A stretch of DNA of 63,898 nucleotides, filler included, from Octopus bimaculoides (GCF_001194135.2; 4 parts of 4 records of this genome joined end to end with filler, not necessarily neighbours in it), one strand, 5' to 3'. Positions 1 to 14,025 are shown, counted from the whole stretch's first letter. Numbers and translations: made by a program. Notes: generated by a model from the letters alone, not told the origin.

Positions 1-34
<34 letters not shown>

Positions 35-318
35 TGTGTGTATGAGTATATGTGTGTGTATGTGTGTGTTTGTTTCATTTTGTCTATAATTGTCCTCCAC
101 TACCACTTGACAACTGGCATTGCTGCCCCAGCTTGGCCACAGTTTAATAAATGAAACAAGAAAAAATAAAAGGTAAAATCATGACTAAAAGATTACACAA
201 TGTTAAATAAAATAATTTCCAATTGGACTGAAAATATAATAAATAATTAAATGTGAAATTATACAAGCTTAGCATCTATAAATGACACATAAAAAAGTGA
301 AATGATGTTTTCTTTCAG

Positions 319-344
319 GTGAATTATAATGAAAACATGCAGCT
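319..344 (+). other. candidate micro-exon (VNYNENMQL)
   Basis: tttctttcag|GTGAATTATAATGAAAACATGCAGCT|gtaagt: canonical acceptor and donor, frame 0 open; no partner exon identified. Confidence 0.25.
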
Positions 345-1039
345 GTAAGTTACGTAAGAAAGTATGGAAGAAAAACTGAAATTCTTTGTTGTGCAGTAAG
401 CTTAGTGTCAACATTCGATTGTATATGTTAGGATTTTTTTAAGGGACGCACACAGAAATACTCATAGCAGCGGGGCAAACATATAGAGGTGTGATTGCAG
501 TAATTTCAAAGCTCAGGCCTTTTATTTAGAGTATATGAGTACTGAAACAGATAAAAATTGTTTTGCCCAAAACTGATTGCAATGCATGTTTCATCGACAC
601 GAAACTTCATTATGTGTATTCTATTTTTAAAGCAGGTGAACTGAGCTCGTTCTTTTAAAATTGAATGAACTGGAGGGGAATCTTTTCCTTTGTATTTTAA
701 ATGATAGTATAAGCTGTTTTAAACGTTTCCTTAATGTATTTCATGTAAATCGAATGTTATAATTAAATGCATTTACATGTAATAAGAAAGGCAAGCTAAT
801 TGACATCATTTTGAAACGTAATTATCAATATTGCTAGTAAAATTTCGATATCACAATCTATCATTAAGTGTGCTTCAAAAAAAAAAAAAAAATGAGAAAG
901 AATCCCTATTTTAGGAATTTGTGGCTGTTTCCTTTTTACATTGAAATTATATTAAGGCGTTTCTGTCGCTGTGTTTCAGTTCTGCCGATATATTAAATAT
1001 TCTTACAGTTCTATATTTAAGAGATGAGGCATTATGTAC

Positions 1040-1490
1040 ATTATTTACATTTCGTCAGCGGATGACATGCTGAACCTCTACAGCTCACGATAGGTTTTAA
1101 TGGAATACCATTCTTGTGAATCTTAGGGAGATTGTACATGTGTGGTAGTTTACTGTAGTGTTGAGTCAGTTGTCTCTACTTGATTGGTGTAAAGTGATAT
1201 TTGTTCTTGATCAAGATCTGTGACAACTTCCTCTGTTTTCAGAGTTGGGTCTGTATTTTGCTGTAGCTACAATCACTTATAAAACTTGCCAATTTTCCCG
1301 AGTAGTCAGACTTCTTCATCACCACTGTAGCATTTCTCTTGTCCGCTGGAAGTATTGTGATGGAATTGTCACTGTGTAGTCTTTTGATAGCGAACTTTTC
1401 TTCCTTAATGATGTTTGATTTTGGAAGTTTCTCTTTTTCTAGTACCTGTCTCACTTTCCACCAAGCGAACATAGGGAATCAATTTCTATG
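1040..1490 (-). mobile_element. Penelope-like element, reverse transcriptase N-terminal fragment (decayed)
   Basis: SNIIKEEKFAIKRLHSDNSITILPADKRNATVVM matches the PLE 'ILPADKGNATVVM' motif; downstream LPKIHKNGIPLKPIVSC matches 'LPKIHKPGIPLRPIVS'. Confidence 0.8.
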
Positions 1491-2269
1491 CTTTCAGGTT
1501 AACGCAGTGTTTATATATGAAGTGTTGCTAACAAAATGTCATTGTCCATGGCTCTTGCTTGGGGTGGAGTGAAAGAATGCATCTCCCCCGGGGGAAGCAC
1601 CTCTCTTGGGAGTGAATGTGGAAAAAACACATATGCCACGCTGTCCCAGTGACATGGCCTCCAGTGACATGGACTGGCAAAACCTGAAATTTATTTCTAA
1701 GGTGACAACTATGCACACACAAGGTACACGGAGCGCACAGTTGCGAGCTGCTTCGAGAACCGTTTATTAGCAGCCAATAATCATTTATTAATCGAAGAAA
1801 ACTAACAGTAGTAGGTTTGTGCGTTAATATTAAGGAATAAGCTGAAGACCGACTAGTGGGACGGATTCTGAGGTTTCGTGGGCCGGCCGTTGGGCAGCAC
1901 GGCTTTAAGGCATTCACACCACGTCTAGGCCAAATCATATGGGTACATATCTCGTGCCACACCTTTTGTTTCTGTTGTGTTTTAACCTGCACTATAGAGC
2001 ATCCTCACGTGTCACACTGCCAAGACACCTTAGATTTTATAAACACGAAAAGATATGACGAAAAGAGTAAGCTGCAAATTGTTTTCAGTAGCTGTTCATT
2101 GCCTTTGCATTATATTATACTAGGAGAAAGACTCCTCTCCGAACGGTTTTCATATAGCCCCTTCAAAATATTTTAACATTTGATTCGCAATTCTAATAAT
2201 TTTTATATTTTACGTCAAATTATTTCTTTGTATAATAGTGCACACTTTCTTAGTAAGTATTGCTTTCAT

Positions 2270-2400
2270 TATTTTATCGCAGTCATAATCTCTCGTTTTT
2301 AAACAAACATCACGGTTTTCCAACAATGGAGGGAGAAGCAACTTGTCAAGTTTTACCTTCCCCTCAAAGCAACATAGACATTTCAATTTAGCAGCCCTTC
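2270..2400 (-). mobile_element. possible Helitron Rep/helicase N-terminal remnant
   Basis: LCCFEGKVKLDKLLLPP...LKTRDY resembles the Helitron 'CCxxGKVKLPxLxxPP...NIRxYN' segment; short and degenerate. Confidence 0.35.
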
Positions 2401-3333
2401 TGTAAGCTTTGCAGTGTGTGTGTGAGAGAGCATTGCAAATATAGATTGAAATAAACATGAAATGAAAAAATCGTATAAATAAAAGTGCATTACTACAGAT
2501 GTATACGCCTCCAACTTTGTTGCCGGTTGACATCCTGAAAAAATGGATACTTTTTAACAAAAGTTTCTATAAATACCGTTTAGATAGGAATTTATTTTCC
2601 TGAAAGCCTGGAGAAAGGAGTTTGGGAAAATTCATACGATCTGGCTTTTTCCCCTCATAATTTCAGGAAGATGGGTATCTTTTAATGAAAATTTATACAA
2701 ATTCCTCTCAAATGGCATAGATTACAATTATAAAGAAATTTGTGGGAAAAACATTTTCAGGGATTTTCCTCGTTTTTTTTTAAACCACAGCCTTCGAAAT
2801 GAGCGGATGGGGGAGAATCTTTGTATGAAAATGTTTTGTAAACTCTTTTTTATACCCCTCCCTCATCCGGACCTATTTTGGCCAATTTTTTTTTGTACCT
2901 CGGGAAGAGCACTTTCGTTAAAAAATTGTTTTAAATATTTTCAGAGGGAAAAGTTAATGATTTAAGGGCAACTTGGCTGTTGCTTTTAGCATATCCAAAG
3001 ACAAACCTCCTCGTTTTTTTTACCACTCTCGCATGTATTGATGTTTTTCAATATTTTCCCCCATAAATATATTTATATGCCATAACAAAAAAAAAAAAAA
3101 GAATTTTTTGCAACCCCACTCCCTGCGCCCGATTGCTTCTGTTTAGAATTGAAAATATCGGGGAGTCTGAGGAGGTCATTGCTGGCATTTACCCCCAGTG
3201 ATCGTTTTAAAAAATTACGAAGATGTATATGGATAGCAAGTGACTTGGTCTGAGATCGTGTGCTGAAACAAAAACAATTCTAGCGTAGATGTTTGTAAGC
3301 CATTCAAGAACACACAGAGACCGTTCGTTTCAC

Positions 3334-3548
3334 GGACTGCTTAAATACAGAGACCCCAATGCATCTACATAACGACATGTAGGGGTGGCTTAGTTTTAGG
3401 GTTCGTTTAGTGGGTTATGGTTAGGGCTAGTTTTAGGGTTATCTAAAGTAGGGCTTAAGTTGTCATTACACGTCCACACAGCGTACATTTAAAATGTTTT
3501 GTACGTAATACGTGTATTTAAGTAGTACCTCTGTATTTAAGTAGTACC
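3334..3548. mobile_element. MITE-like element with ~20-bp terminal inverted repeats and an internal degenerate TTAGGG-like tract
   Basis: ggactgcttaaatacagagac (3334-3354) is the imperfect inverse of cctctgtatttaagtagtacc (3528-3548); internal ttagggtt/gggtta variants at ~3385-3455. Confidence 0.5.
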
Positions 3549-3550
3549 AG

Positions 3551-3670
3551 TTTCACTTCAACATTTAAATTTCATTTGTGTCAAATGATTTTCTTCACTT
3601 TGAAACTGCAACCTATTCACTGACAGAACTTCGCAAAAGTAACGCAGCACGAAGTTTTGTGACGGAACAG
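3551..3670 (-). repeat. decayed copy of the repeat family forming the 38266-38555 fold-back (PLE pLTR-like)
   Basis: ttcacttcaacatttaaattt...gtcaaatgattttc...ctttgaaactgcaacctattcactgacag aligns by eye to 38325-38400. Confidence 0.7.
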
Positions 3671-5012
3671 CGTGAACTCACACACTTGCGCGCGCAAACA
3701 CACACACAAGCACACACACACATTCATTGCTTTTCATTTGTATGTGTCTCTATGTGTGTGGGAGTATGTCACTGTTGAAGACACTCGGGCAACATGTTTG
3801 TGCATAAAGTGGCTTAGGGGTACAGAGTGTGTAGAAACTGTGAATAAGCTGCAAGTTTGGAGCACTTGTCGATAACTTTCTTGTTTTTTCTTCTCCTCGT
3901 TTTCTAATAGTAATTACCCAACTTTCTCGGCTATTCTCACAGCTATGCCGTGTTCACAAATTATACGGGAATTTGAAAAAATTTCATTCAATAAATAATA
4001 AATTACGTATACTTTAATAGAATAATAAATAATATATAGCGTATACATTAATCGAATAAACTGTCAGTTTTCCAAATAGCGAATGAAAACTTAAAAGGGA
4101 AAGTGAGAGACTTTGCAATTCAGAATGCAGTATTTAAATTTGTTACTTGGACACAGTGAACGCAATGAATATTTAAATTTGGAGGAATTGGAGTTTTAAC
4201 AGTTCAAGAAACTTGAGAAATCGAAATTATAGGAAATTTCCTAGAACATGAATTTATAAAACTATTTCCAGACGGTCAACCATTTAATAATTGCTTTCTT
4301 TTACTACTTTTAGTGATTGTTACCCACCTAATTAATAAGCAGCTTTCTCCATTATTGTATAGATTGTATTATACAATTATTTAGAAAGAGAAGACACAAT
4401 GTAGATTGTGAGACAGCTTAGGTTGGTTTCAGTTTGTTTTGTCTAAATCACGTTCCATTATTATATTATATGATCGTTTTAGAAATTTCTAACAGGTTAT
4501 TTTCTTACCTTTGCGTCTTGAAACCAACGACTTATTTCGCCTTGAAAAATTCCCTATCAGTCAGTACTAATTGTAACTAGGATAAAACGAATTGATAAAG
4601 GAAACTCTAGACGGTCGTTTACGGGGAAGGAACGATTCAACTTGGAGATGCCATGAGACCAGTGCTTAGCAAAATAGTAGGAGTATATGTGCATTGAAAC
4701 TAACCTGCTATAAGGCGGAAATTGTAGTGTAATTTTGGTGACAGTCTAGAATGTTTTAGCGTGTGACATCAAAACATTCAGTTTATGACACTTTCTTCAG
4801 AGAGTTTAGGATATTCAGTATGTTTAATATATATTCCAACAACACTGTCTAAGTTTTGCGAGAACTACTTACCCTCCACAAAACGCGGATGACAACATTA
4901 TTCGGTTTCATGTTACCTAGAAGGTAGAAGTTTCATCTTACATCTGCAAACATATTTCAACTTGATTAACTTTTCATTCAACAAAAAACGAAAGTGAAGC
5001 TGTTCTTATATT

Positions 5013-6208
5013 TGCAAAGGTCTGAACTGAAAGGTTGATTAGAGCTGTAAAATGTTGCATGCATTAATTTGAACTCTACTTATTAATAGCTACATTGATT
5101 TCTCTCAGGTAAACTGACATCTGACGGTTCAAACTAACTAGTAGTGACTTCTCTCGAAAATGGGCAAAATTTGGCATTGTCGTGTATTTCAAGTACCTAC
5201 GAATAAAGATCATTCATGATGACATGGTTACTGCATTACAGGATGAAGCTCTAGCTTTATCAACAAGAAGCAGCTGAATTTAGGAAGGGAAAGGAGTTGT
5301 AATGATGACCCGAGGTCTAGACGTCCTGAAACTGCCACCAATGTGGAATACATTGTCGTATTCACTACATAGGAGCGGAGGACAGGCGACTCACTACAAA
5401 TCAAATATCTAATGCTATTAAGGTGTCGTGTCAGAGAGTTGAGAATATTCTTCAAAATTATCTTGGTATAACGAAGGTTTCATCTCGTTGGATGCCACGT
5501 CTTCTAACGCTTAATGCAAAGCCTAATAGGCTGATCAAATCACAGGATAATCTAATATTGTTTGAGGCATTTCTAGCCGATTTTCTTGAAAGTTTTCTAT
5601 GCAAAAATGAATATTGGGTTCATCACTTTGAGTCATGCAATGGAAACACCCCTCCTCACCTGCTCCATAGAAGACCAAAACGTTACATCTGCAGGTAAGC
5701 TGATGGCCTCAGTTTTTGGGGGTGCGAATTACATTGTGTCTATTGACTTCTTTCAAAAGGGCCTCAGTAATAAATGAACGTACTATGCCAACTTGCTGAT
5801 ACAGTTACAAAAGACTGTCAAGGCCAAGCTCGTAGGAAAACCGACGAAGTGGGTTTTATGTAATCAGGAAAAGGCTCCAGCACACAATTCCTAGATTTCA
5901 ATGGGTGCTGTGCCTGACTAAATTGTAGCTGGAACTTCAGCCGCCCTATTCTCCTGATTTGGCCCTGTCTGATTCTCATCTGTTCACCAACATGAAACAA
6001 CACTTGACTGGAGACCAGTATCTCAGTGATTGTGACATCTTATCTGCTGTTGATGAATTTTTTACCAGCTGGATGAAAGCTTCTTCCACACTGGTATCCA
6101 AACACCACGCATTGATGGAAGAAGTGTATTAACTGCAAGATATCTCATTTCTTCACTTTCCATGAAACTATCCTGATCAGCATATGAACTTTTCAGCCGA
6201 ACCTCGTT
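5013..6208 (+). mobile_element. mariner (DD34D) DNA transposon, near full length, pseudogenised
   Basis: ATG 5160; WMPRLLT (WVPHEL-like), YWVHHFES, KLMASVF, YSPDLALSDSHLF motifs; right TIR ...aacttttcagccgaacctcgt at ~6187-6207; left TIR degenerate; many stops and frameshifts. Confidence 0.9.
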
Positions 6209-7849
6209 GGTCACTGCTTGTAGGCATTCGATTTGTACACCTGAAAATTTCGCCAAGCACTACACGCGAACCCTATCGTTATTTTCCAGTTAAATCTGCT
6301 ACGATTTTACCAGACGAATAGGCTGGAGATTATAGTAGTTCTTGTGGCATATAATCCACTGAGAATAAGACAGTACCTTGAGCATAACGACATTCGCAAG
6401 AGTGACAAAAGCAGCAATCGGATGTATGAATTTTCAGTTGTGTTGATTAACTATACGAATTGAAGTGCAGTGTTCAAAGCTACAACATGCCCTTCATTTC
6501 CTGTCCCGATCCAAGAATTGAACTCAGGAACTAACTATCGGAGAATAAATTCCTAACCACTACACAATAAACATTCGTTCTGAAGTAAAGTACGTGAGAT
6601 ACTTCTAGATATTTTATCTTATTCGGTGGGATATATCTGTGAAGTATAGGCTTCAGATAGTTTTTGAAATTATAGTCATCTAACGATTAAGTAAATATGC
6701 AGAAATATGTAAAATTCAGAATTAGAAATATATAACTGTATAAAAATCAGATAATTCCAGAAAGACATCATCACTAAAAAAAAAAAGAAGAAAGAGTCAA
6801 TATATTCGATTAAGGAAATATAAAAAAAAACTAAAGGAAAGAATGCATTAATAAATAACATCAGTTAATGACTAATAGTAGTTTATCACTTTCCTAGGAA
6901 ATAAAATAAACAACTGCAGATATATATGTCTGCCTTTTTAGTGAATTTTCTCACAGTTTTCATTTATATCTTTATCGAATCGAAACTAGCCCCCGCAGAT
7001 TACTCAAACTCTTATCGATTTCTCGTCATTATGTTTGATTTTCTGTGAGAAGTATAAATTTACGATAATATACTGTCAATAACCACGATGATGAAACATT
7101 TCGTTAATTGACAAAATTATAGTTTATTTAGAATTTGTATTGAAAATCTATAGCATCAGAAAAAATATTACAACATTGGTTTGAAAATCGATGCAGACTT
7201 GACCATTTCATAATAATTCCATAGTAACGAGGGGAAAGATACATACAAGGGAATTTGAGGATGAAAGAAAGACATGATTGAAGTTGTGTACACCAAGAAA
7301 GCATTTTACAAGGATGGGAAGGAATGAGAAATACCAAATAATAGAGTAAAATATATGTATGAACAAGTGAAATAAGATTTATGAAATATAATATAATTCA
7401 ATATATATTGATAAACGCAAAGAATTTGGTTTCGGTGATTTTAATTCATAGCGCCACCCCTCTGGGGATGTCAGTGAGTGTAAATGTTGCTGACATAGCA
7501 GTTATTACAATAAAATGCTTGAAGAATTGAATCACGAAAGACAACATACATGTGATACGAAAAGTAAGAACTGCGGAATAACTCAAATGAACGAAATGTA
7601 CTATATATTTGCGACTGTGTACAGAAAAAAAAATGCAAATAATGCTAGATACCATGCAAGAAATGCCACTTTGATGTTTACGAGCGCTTTAGGATGGGCA
7701 AATGAGACAGTGTTCACAAGAAACAGTGTTCACAAGACAGTGTTCAAAAGAAGTGGAATAAACATATAGAAAGAAGCAAAATGATACGTTCAGTAGCAAA
7801 GTACGAGAAGAATATAAGAACGAAATAATTATTTGTGTCTCCCAGTGCC

Positions 7850-8140
7850 CCTTCCACAGAAAACAAAAGAGTAAGTGCTCCAGCTTTACCAACATCGAAA
7901 TAGAGCAACGAATGATAGTCAGGTCATAGTAGATGACGAAAGCGATGTAGGTATTCACCACCTCCACCTGACCTTTCAGATACAGCTTCTCGCTTCATGA
8001 CTAGTTGAAACTAATTAATATCCTTGTCACATGTCACCGAGCAATTTAACTGGTCCTTTCTTCCAGAATCCTGCAACATTATAAGGTGGCATGGAGTTGC
8101 CTACCCATATATCTACCTGCAAGCCCACTGCCATCTCCAG
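7850..8140 (-). mobile_element. Tx1/L1-type non-LTR retrotransposon RT C-terminal remnant
   Basis: SMPP..GFWKKGPVKLLG followed by LKGQVEVVNTYIAFVIYY..LVKLEHLLFCFLWKG, typical of the Tx1-like post-RT region. Confidence 0.6.
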
Positions 8141-8699
8141 TTTAATTTGTGTTCCTCCCACCGCTTTGTTCCACATTAGGCTAGTTCCAATCACCTTGAT
8201 TTCTGAGATATCGAACACTTTTACCATGGTGAGGTACGTATAAGCTGACAGGAAATTTCCGCATCGTAGTTCATGCGGGATGTTCCTCGAAGCATCCAGT
8301 TACCCTAGCAATGGATCGAGAGACGTGGCGAGAGCAGGTATCCTTACCGGACCGAATGTGCGCTGCCAAATGGTTCCGATAAATGGCAACCCCTTTTGAC
8401 AACCGAACCGATTATACATTTCAGCGACCCAGACCCCACGAAATTTCTAACTGGGCCCCATCTGCAAGGTAATACGCTGTTTATCTTGACAGAAGACCAC
8501 CATGTCGCGCACATATGGCTGTGAGGCATGTTCCTGGTGTACCGTTATCAGACGGGTAGTCATGATGGATATATTGGGCTTCGTATATTTTCCCCCATTG
8601 TCACTTTGATGCCATGCATTGCTTTCTCACTCAATAATAATAATAATAATAATAATAATTATAATAATAATAATAATAATAATCACACGGCCTAATATT

Positions 8700-9055
8700 T
8701 GAGAGGAGAGGACTAGTCGATTACATCCATCCCAGATCTTCACTGGTACTGGTACTCAATTTATCGAACCCGAAAGCATGAAAGGCAAAGACAACCTCGG
8801 TGGAATTTCAAATAAAAACGTTAAGACTAATAATAATGATTTCAAATTTTGAAACAAGGCCAACAATTTCGGGTGAGGGAGTGAGTCGAGTACATCGGTG
8901 CCAATGCTCAGCTGGTACTTATGTTTTATAGTCCTCGAAATGATAAAAAGCAAAGTCGGCTTCGGTGGGATTTGAACTCTGAACGTTAAGACGGCGAATG
9001 GAAGAAATGTCTCTAAGCATACCGCTCGGTCCGTTAACGATTCTGTCAATTCGCT
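8700..9055 (-). mobile_element. tRNA-derived SINE family B, two adjacent partial copies
   Basis: reverse complement of ...gaatcgttaac...gagttcaaatcccaccgaagccgactttgc...; homologous to the 52607, 57590 and 59160-59850 copies. Confidence 0.75.
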
Positions 9056-10707
9056 GATGATATCGCTTTACTTTATTCGAATGAAAAGGAAATTAAAATT
9101 TCAAGCAGCTTAATGTTGGCAACATTTTCATAGTATTCCCGATTAGATTTTTCGGTTCTAATTTTTCCTTGTTCTCTATATACTTGTCACGAGTTTCATG
9201 ATAAACTGTTTTAAAAACTAAACTCAAACTAAGATGATGATTTTTATTAAGTATAAAATCCCTCCACTTCACCCATACTTGCTAACTCTTCCGATTTTGG
9301 TTTTACTCAGCTTCCTGAAATTCACTTATCATTCTAATTTGCATGTTTGACATGCTCAATACCATAATGGGATGAATTTTATTCATACATAAAACGTTAT
9401 TAACTTTGGTAAACTCTTATCGATCTAGTTTTGATTGCTTTTAGAGAAAACCAGTATTTTACGCTGTTAATTATATTACGAGAGAAGAATCGGCAGTGTT
9501 GGCTAAAATTCCTTGTCTATATATTGACTGTCTTATACATGAACATCGCCGCAAAAACATTTAAAATGAATAAATTATTTTAAAATTCCAATTATTTAAA
9601 TGCCTGTTATAAACGCCAAAATAATGCTAGCAGTAACCTTAGGAATGTAGCTTACGTTGTGCTTTATCGTCCTATATCTTTACTTCTTTAAGCTCATTTC
9701 ATATAGCTTGACAAAAAGAAACAAATTGAATTCTAATTCCATTTAAGTTCAGCCAGACAAATCTACATTTTAGAAAAAAACAGAAAAAATAACTACCTTT
9801 AAATTTAAATTCTCCTTAAATTCTATGAACATAAAATGAGCGCAATAGTTTCTTTTTTATTTTATTCATTTGATCTTCCATTTCTAACTGTTACATAAAC
9901 ACTGATACATATGAGAACGTCTTTTCTTCAGCATACTTCAGGCCTATTCTCCTCTCTCATCAAGGAATCTTTTCTTCTTCAACGTACTTTTTTCCTCTAC
10001 TTCTCCTCTCCATTTCTTTAGTCGGTTTATTTCTCTATATCTTCTATCCTTCGTCTAATGCTGTCCTGTCTTTCCTGTTTGCCTTTTTTCTTTAGCTGTT
10101 TTAATCTATTCTACCCGCACCACAATCTTGAAATTTATTTCCTTCAAGTGTCTCTTTTTATAGTTCCTTCCTCTTCTTATCTCATGTCTCCTTATTTTAT
10201 GTACTTTTCCCTATCTATCGTTTCTTCTGTTATTTTTCTCTCTCAGCATACTTCATGTTTCAACTGTTTGCAATCAAGAAAACAAATGCCGATAATATAT
10301 TTTAATGTAAATTGATTAGATCAGTTTTACCAAACAATCTTCTGCCCAGTGCACAATATTTATTACTGCTGTGTAATGTCTCGTACTACAGTTGTAAATG
10401 CAAGAGAAACATGATATATAACTCTGCCTAAGAGATAATGGAATATATTGATTTGATTTCTACTAGGCACTGCGTTACAACACTATGTAGAAGGATATGC
10501 ACAGAAGAATTTGCTCATATTAGTTGACGACTGCAGTGGTAGCATCTGTTTTATCGACATTAGATAGCTGGGAAAAAAAAAAAAAACATGGACAAGGCTG
10601 GTCTTTACATTCACAAAAGCCACCCGTTACTTTGCTTATCTTATATGAATCTATTATCGTCGCCAAAAAATCACCTTTTTTTCTGACGCATGTCATCTCC
10701 TACGCAG

Positions 10708-10812
10708 TAAAATATTCGAGCATAAATACATCTACCAGACTCTTGTGCGTTACACGCTCAGTTTCCCAACATTTATGGAAAATAACTAGAAGTGAAACAC
10801 ACTCTGATTTCA
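10708..10812 (+). other. candidate 105-nt exon
   Basis: ttttttctgacgcatgtcatctcctacgcag| ... ctgatttca|gtaagt; phase-1 frame open (KYSSINTSTRLLCVTRSVSQHLWKITRSETHSDF), no recognisable homology; may be UTR or non-coding. Confidence 0.25.
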
Positions 10813-11421
10813 GTAAGTCATGGACGTGATTCGCGTCCAAATTTTCTTCATTGCTATCGAATGATATAGAGTTTCACTTAGTCAAAATCTTAATTATCTA
10901 ACTCTCTTTGAATTTCTCTCATATTATCTTTATCTATCATTTCAACCTCAGAAGAAAAAAAATTAGAAATATCTTATAATATCCCCATTACCTAAACGTG
11001 AGAATGTCCACTGGTGTAACTTCATAAACAGCAATTTCTTTCGGTACCTTTTACTTTTATCTCCTAGTGAATTTTTTATAGAGCCAGATTATCCTTTCTC
11101 ACAAAATAGTGATACTTTCTGAAATTAGGTGAACGCAATATTGCAAATGAAAAGAAAAAAAAACAAATTCTATACGACTTACACAACTTGATAGAAAGGC
11201 ATGCAAATTAATCAAATATCAAAATTACCTGAAGAGGCACGAGAAATGACGTAAATAATTGTGTGTTGTTGTGCAAGAGTGTCGTCCCCTATGTTTGTTG
11301 ATAGTATTGAATAAATCTGGCGCCACAGAGGGATTGAAATAAACATTTAATGGGAATATACTTATATCATCTGAAGACGAAGTACATTAATTCCGTCAGC
11401 AGATAATGTTTATCCTTACTA

Positions 11422-12242
11422 TAAACGGGGGGCTAGCCAAAAGTAACCGGAAAAGTTCTCTGAGGCACAAGCCCGTTGTAGTTCAAGCTTCGACCACTAG
11501 AGGCCACTTGATACAACTCTCAGTCATCAGTCTGCCGGCGAGAGCCGTATTGCCACGTTGTATATCTTTGATTTGCAATATTTCTCTGTTCGTCGATTTT
11601 TGTGATGGCTGAAAAGAAGTAACTTCGTGCTTCCATGAAATTCCGTTTCCTACTAGAGAAAACAGCGGGCTAAACAATTGTCATGCTTCAACCATCTTAC
11701 AAGGAGGCTGTCATAAGCAAAACACAAGTTTACAAGTGATTTCCGCGCTTTAGGGGTGGTAATTTGTCTCTCGAAGACCAACTTCGTTCAGGACGACCGT
11801 CGACGTCCCGAACGAATGAAAACATCATGAAAATTCATGAATTGACGAACTTGTTAATATGAGGGGTGTGACCTGGAGCTGCCGCCAACGAATTTTGAGC
11901 GAAGAAGTGCGAATGAAAAGAGTTGCAGCAAAATCTGTGCTTCGCTTGCTCACTGAATATCAAAAGCAGTCACTACTGATTGCATTCGAAAGTCATCACT
12001 GGAGATGAAAGCTGCTACTACGGAATTTGCAGTTGTGGAAGAGGAGAAAAAAATAACGCTGGAGGCGTTAAGAGGCATCCCTTCGCAAGAATTTCCAGCA
12101 TTACTTCGAATCGTGGAAAGCGTGCCTGGACTGATGCATTGCTTCAATTGAAGAATACTTTCAAGGCAATAACAGTGTAAATATGTGAAGCTAAGTGAAT
12201 ACAATATTGCAAAATTCCGATTTCTTTTGAGTACCTCTCGTA
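11422..12242 (+). mobile_element. mariner transposon, internally deleted (second family)
   Basis: KFRFLLEKTA..QVYK.F..F.GG.LSLEDQLRSGRPSTSRTNEN; MKRVAAKSVLRLLT; KVITGDES; right TIR ttcttttgagtacctctcgTA at ~12225-12242, left TIR-like acggggggctagccaaaagtaaccgg at ~11422. Confidence 0.85.
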
Positions 12243-12286
12243 TATGAAGAAATAATGTTATGCATAGATAAATAAATAATTATATA

Positions 12287-12321
<35 letters not shown>

Positions 12322-12650
12322 ATGAGATAATGAAGGAAAATAATCAACGAGATTGAAGGTGTATTGGATCTAAACAACAACTATGTTTCCCGAGATGTTA
12401 ATTACAAGATATCATATGCTTTCCTAACAAACGGCCGAAATATCTGCCCGAAGCACTCACTATTTATGAAAATAAAAGGAAACATCTTTACATTTACGTG
12501 TCCTGGTAGAGGTAGAAGTCAATTCTGCCTCAAATTCGCATCATACCGTCAAATGAAGAAGGATATGTGAGACTGGTTTACTGCTCAGGAAGTGCTTTTT
12601 ATCATCGTTGAGCTTGTGCAGAAGGATTCGCTTCAGATTAAATAACAACA

Positions 12651-12660
12651 ATGAAAATAG
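12651..12660 (+). other. candidate start-codon exon end (M-K-I-, phase 1)
   Basis: aacaacaATGAAAATAG|gtaagt: A-rich start context plus a perfect donor; downstream exons not identified. Confidence 0.25.
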
Positions 12661-14025
12661 GTAAGTAAAATTACGCTAGCTATGATTATTATGGATTATA
12701 CGACGTTACTAATATTGTGAGTTTTGTCTGAAATACTAAATTGCCTGATGTGCCTGTTCAAACTTTTGAAGTGGAAGAGAGGTACGTGAAGTAAAATTAG
12801 ATATTTCAGCAAATGTATAAGAGACCCCTAACTGGTTCATAGTTTAAGCATTAAAATATAGGCAGTGGTATTCAAAAGGAGACGATTTTAGAAATATAGA
12901 GCTGCGATGAACCCGAACAGTGTTCAAATATAGTGAACGGTAAAGACCGTATGCGTTAACAATGTGACTAAATGGAATGCACTAACACATTGCAGCATTT
13001 ATGACAGAATACAGTTTTTTAGTCTCTAGGTAATTGCTTTCTTTTATGAAGTAAAATATTCATAACTTTATAAATACTATAAATATTAAAGTATTCCAAA
13101 CACTAGTGCGGTTACATAAAGTCAATTTTCTGCACCTTTTAGTCACAATACAATGTATGAAACAATGAATAACTGACTAATTTTAAAGAATTGTGGTTGC
13201 TAATATCAGTTTATATATATATCAATGGGTAATCAGCCCTATTGATTCGATGTTGTACTTTGTGTGTAGTGGGTGTAACATCGTCTATAATGCCTTCCGC
13301 TGGTTTTCAACCGGCAATATAAAATAGTGTAACAAATACAGATTTTTCCATACATATCGCTCGCTTCGATTGACATACATCAAACTGTTATATGAAATGT
13401 GTAGTCTTTACCGTAGTATATTGTCTTTTTCTTCTATGATATGTGTGTGTGCGCGTGCGTGCAGGCGAATATGTCAGTGTGCAGCTAAACACTAATCGAT
13501 AATACATCGGTATTTTCTACATTTTAAGTAGTGTGAAAATACTATCTGAAAGTAACAATTTACTTTGAACAACTGCGTACTCTTAGACTTAAAAGTATTT
13601 GATAACATTTAGACAGAATGTCAGTTGCACATTCATCTATTGATCGAAATGAGAGAACCACACTAGTGACCTTTTATATTTTGACTTCCCCATATTATTG
13701 GGATTTTGTTTTCAATGTGACGTTGATAAATCTAAATCAAATAAGTGCTATATATTTTACACGAATTTCTAGTCAGTCTTTTACCAGATTTTCTCCACTT
13801 CGGAAATTGAAATCAGCACACACACGCGTACATATGTAAAAGTACAAAAACACACAAATACATATACGCGCACAAGCGTATGTATATAAATGTCTATATA
13901 TCTAAGAATACGAGGATATAAAAATACATTTATGCGTACACACAACATACAGACACATACATACATAAATAAATACATACATATAAACACACATTCACGC
14001 ACGCGCGCACGCGCACACACATATA

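Noticed and set aside
1842-1880. CUGAAGA followed by a CCG/CGG stem
   Set aside because: No GAAA or stem III follows; not a hammerhead
3385-3455. Interstitial telomere
   Set aside because: Too degenerate and enclosed by inverted ends; treated as MITE interior
10467-10538. Exon-like segment with ILVDDCS (glycosyltransferase-2-like motif)
   Set aside because: Seven-residue match only, flanking residues do not fit GT2/GalNAc-T context, weak donor
11229-11260. CUGAAGA...GAAAU motif
   Set aside because: No stem II and no U16.1; chance match
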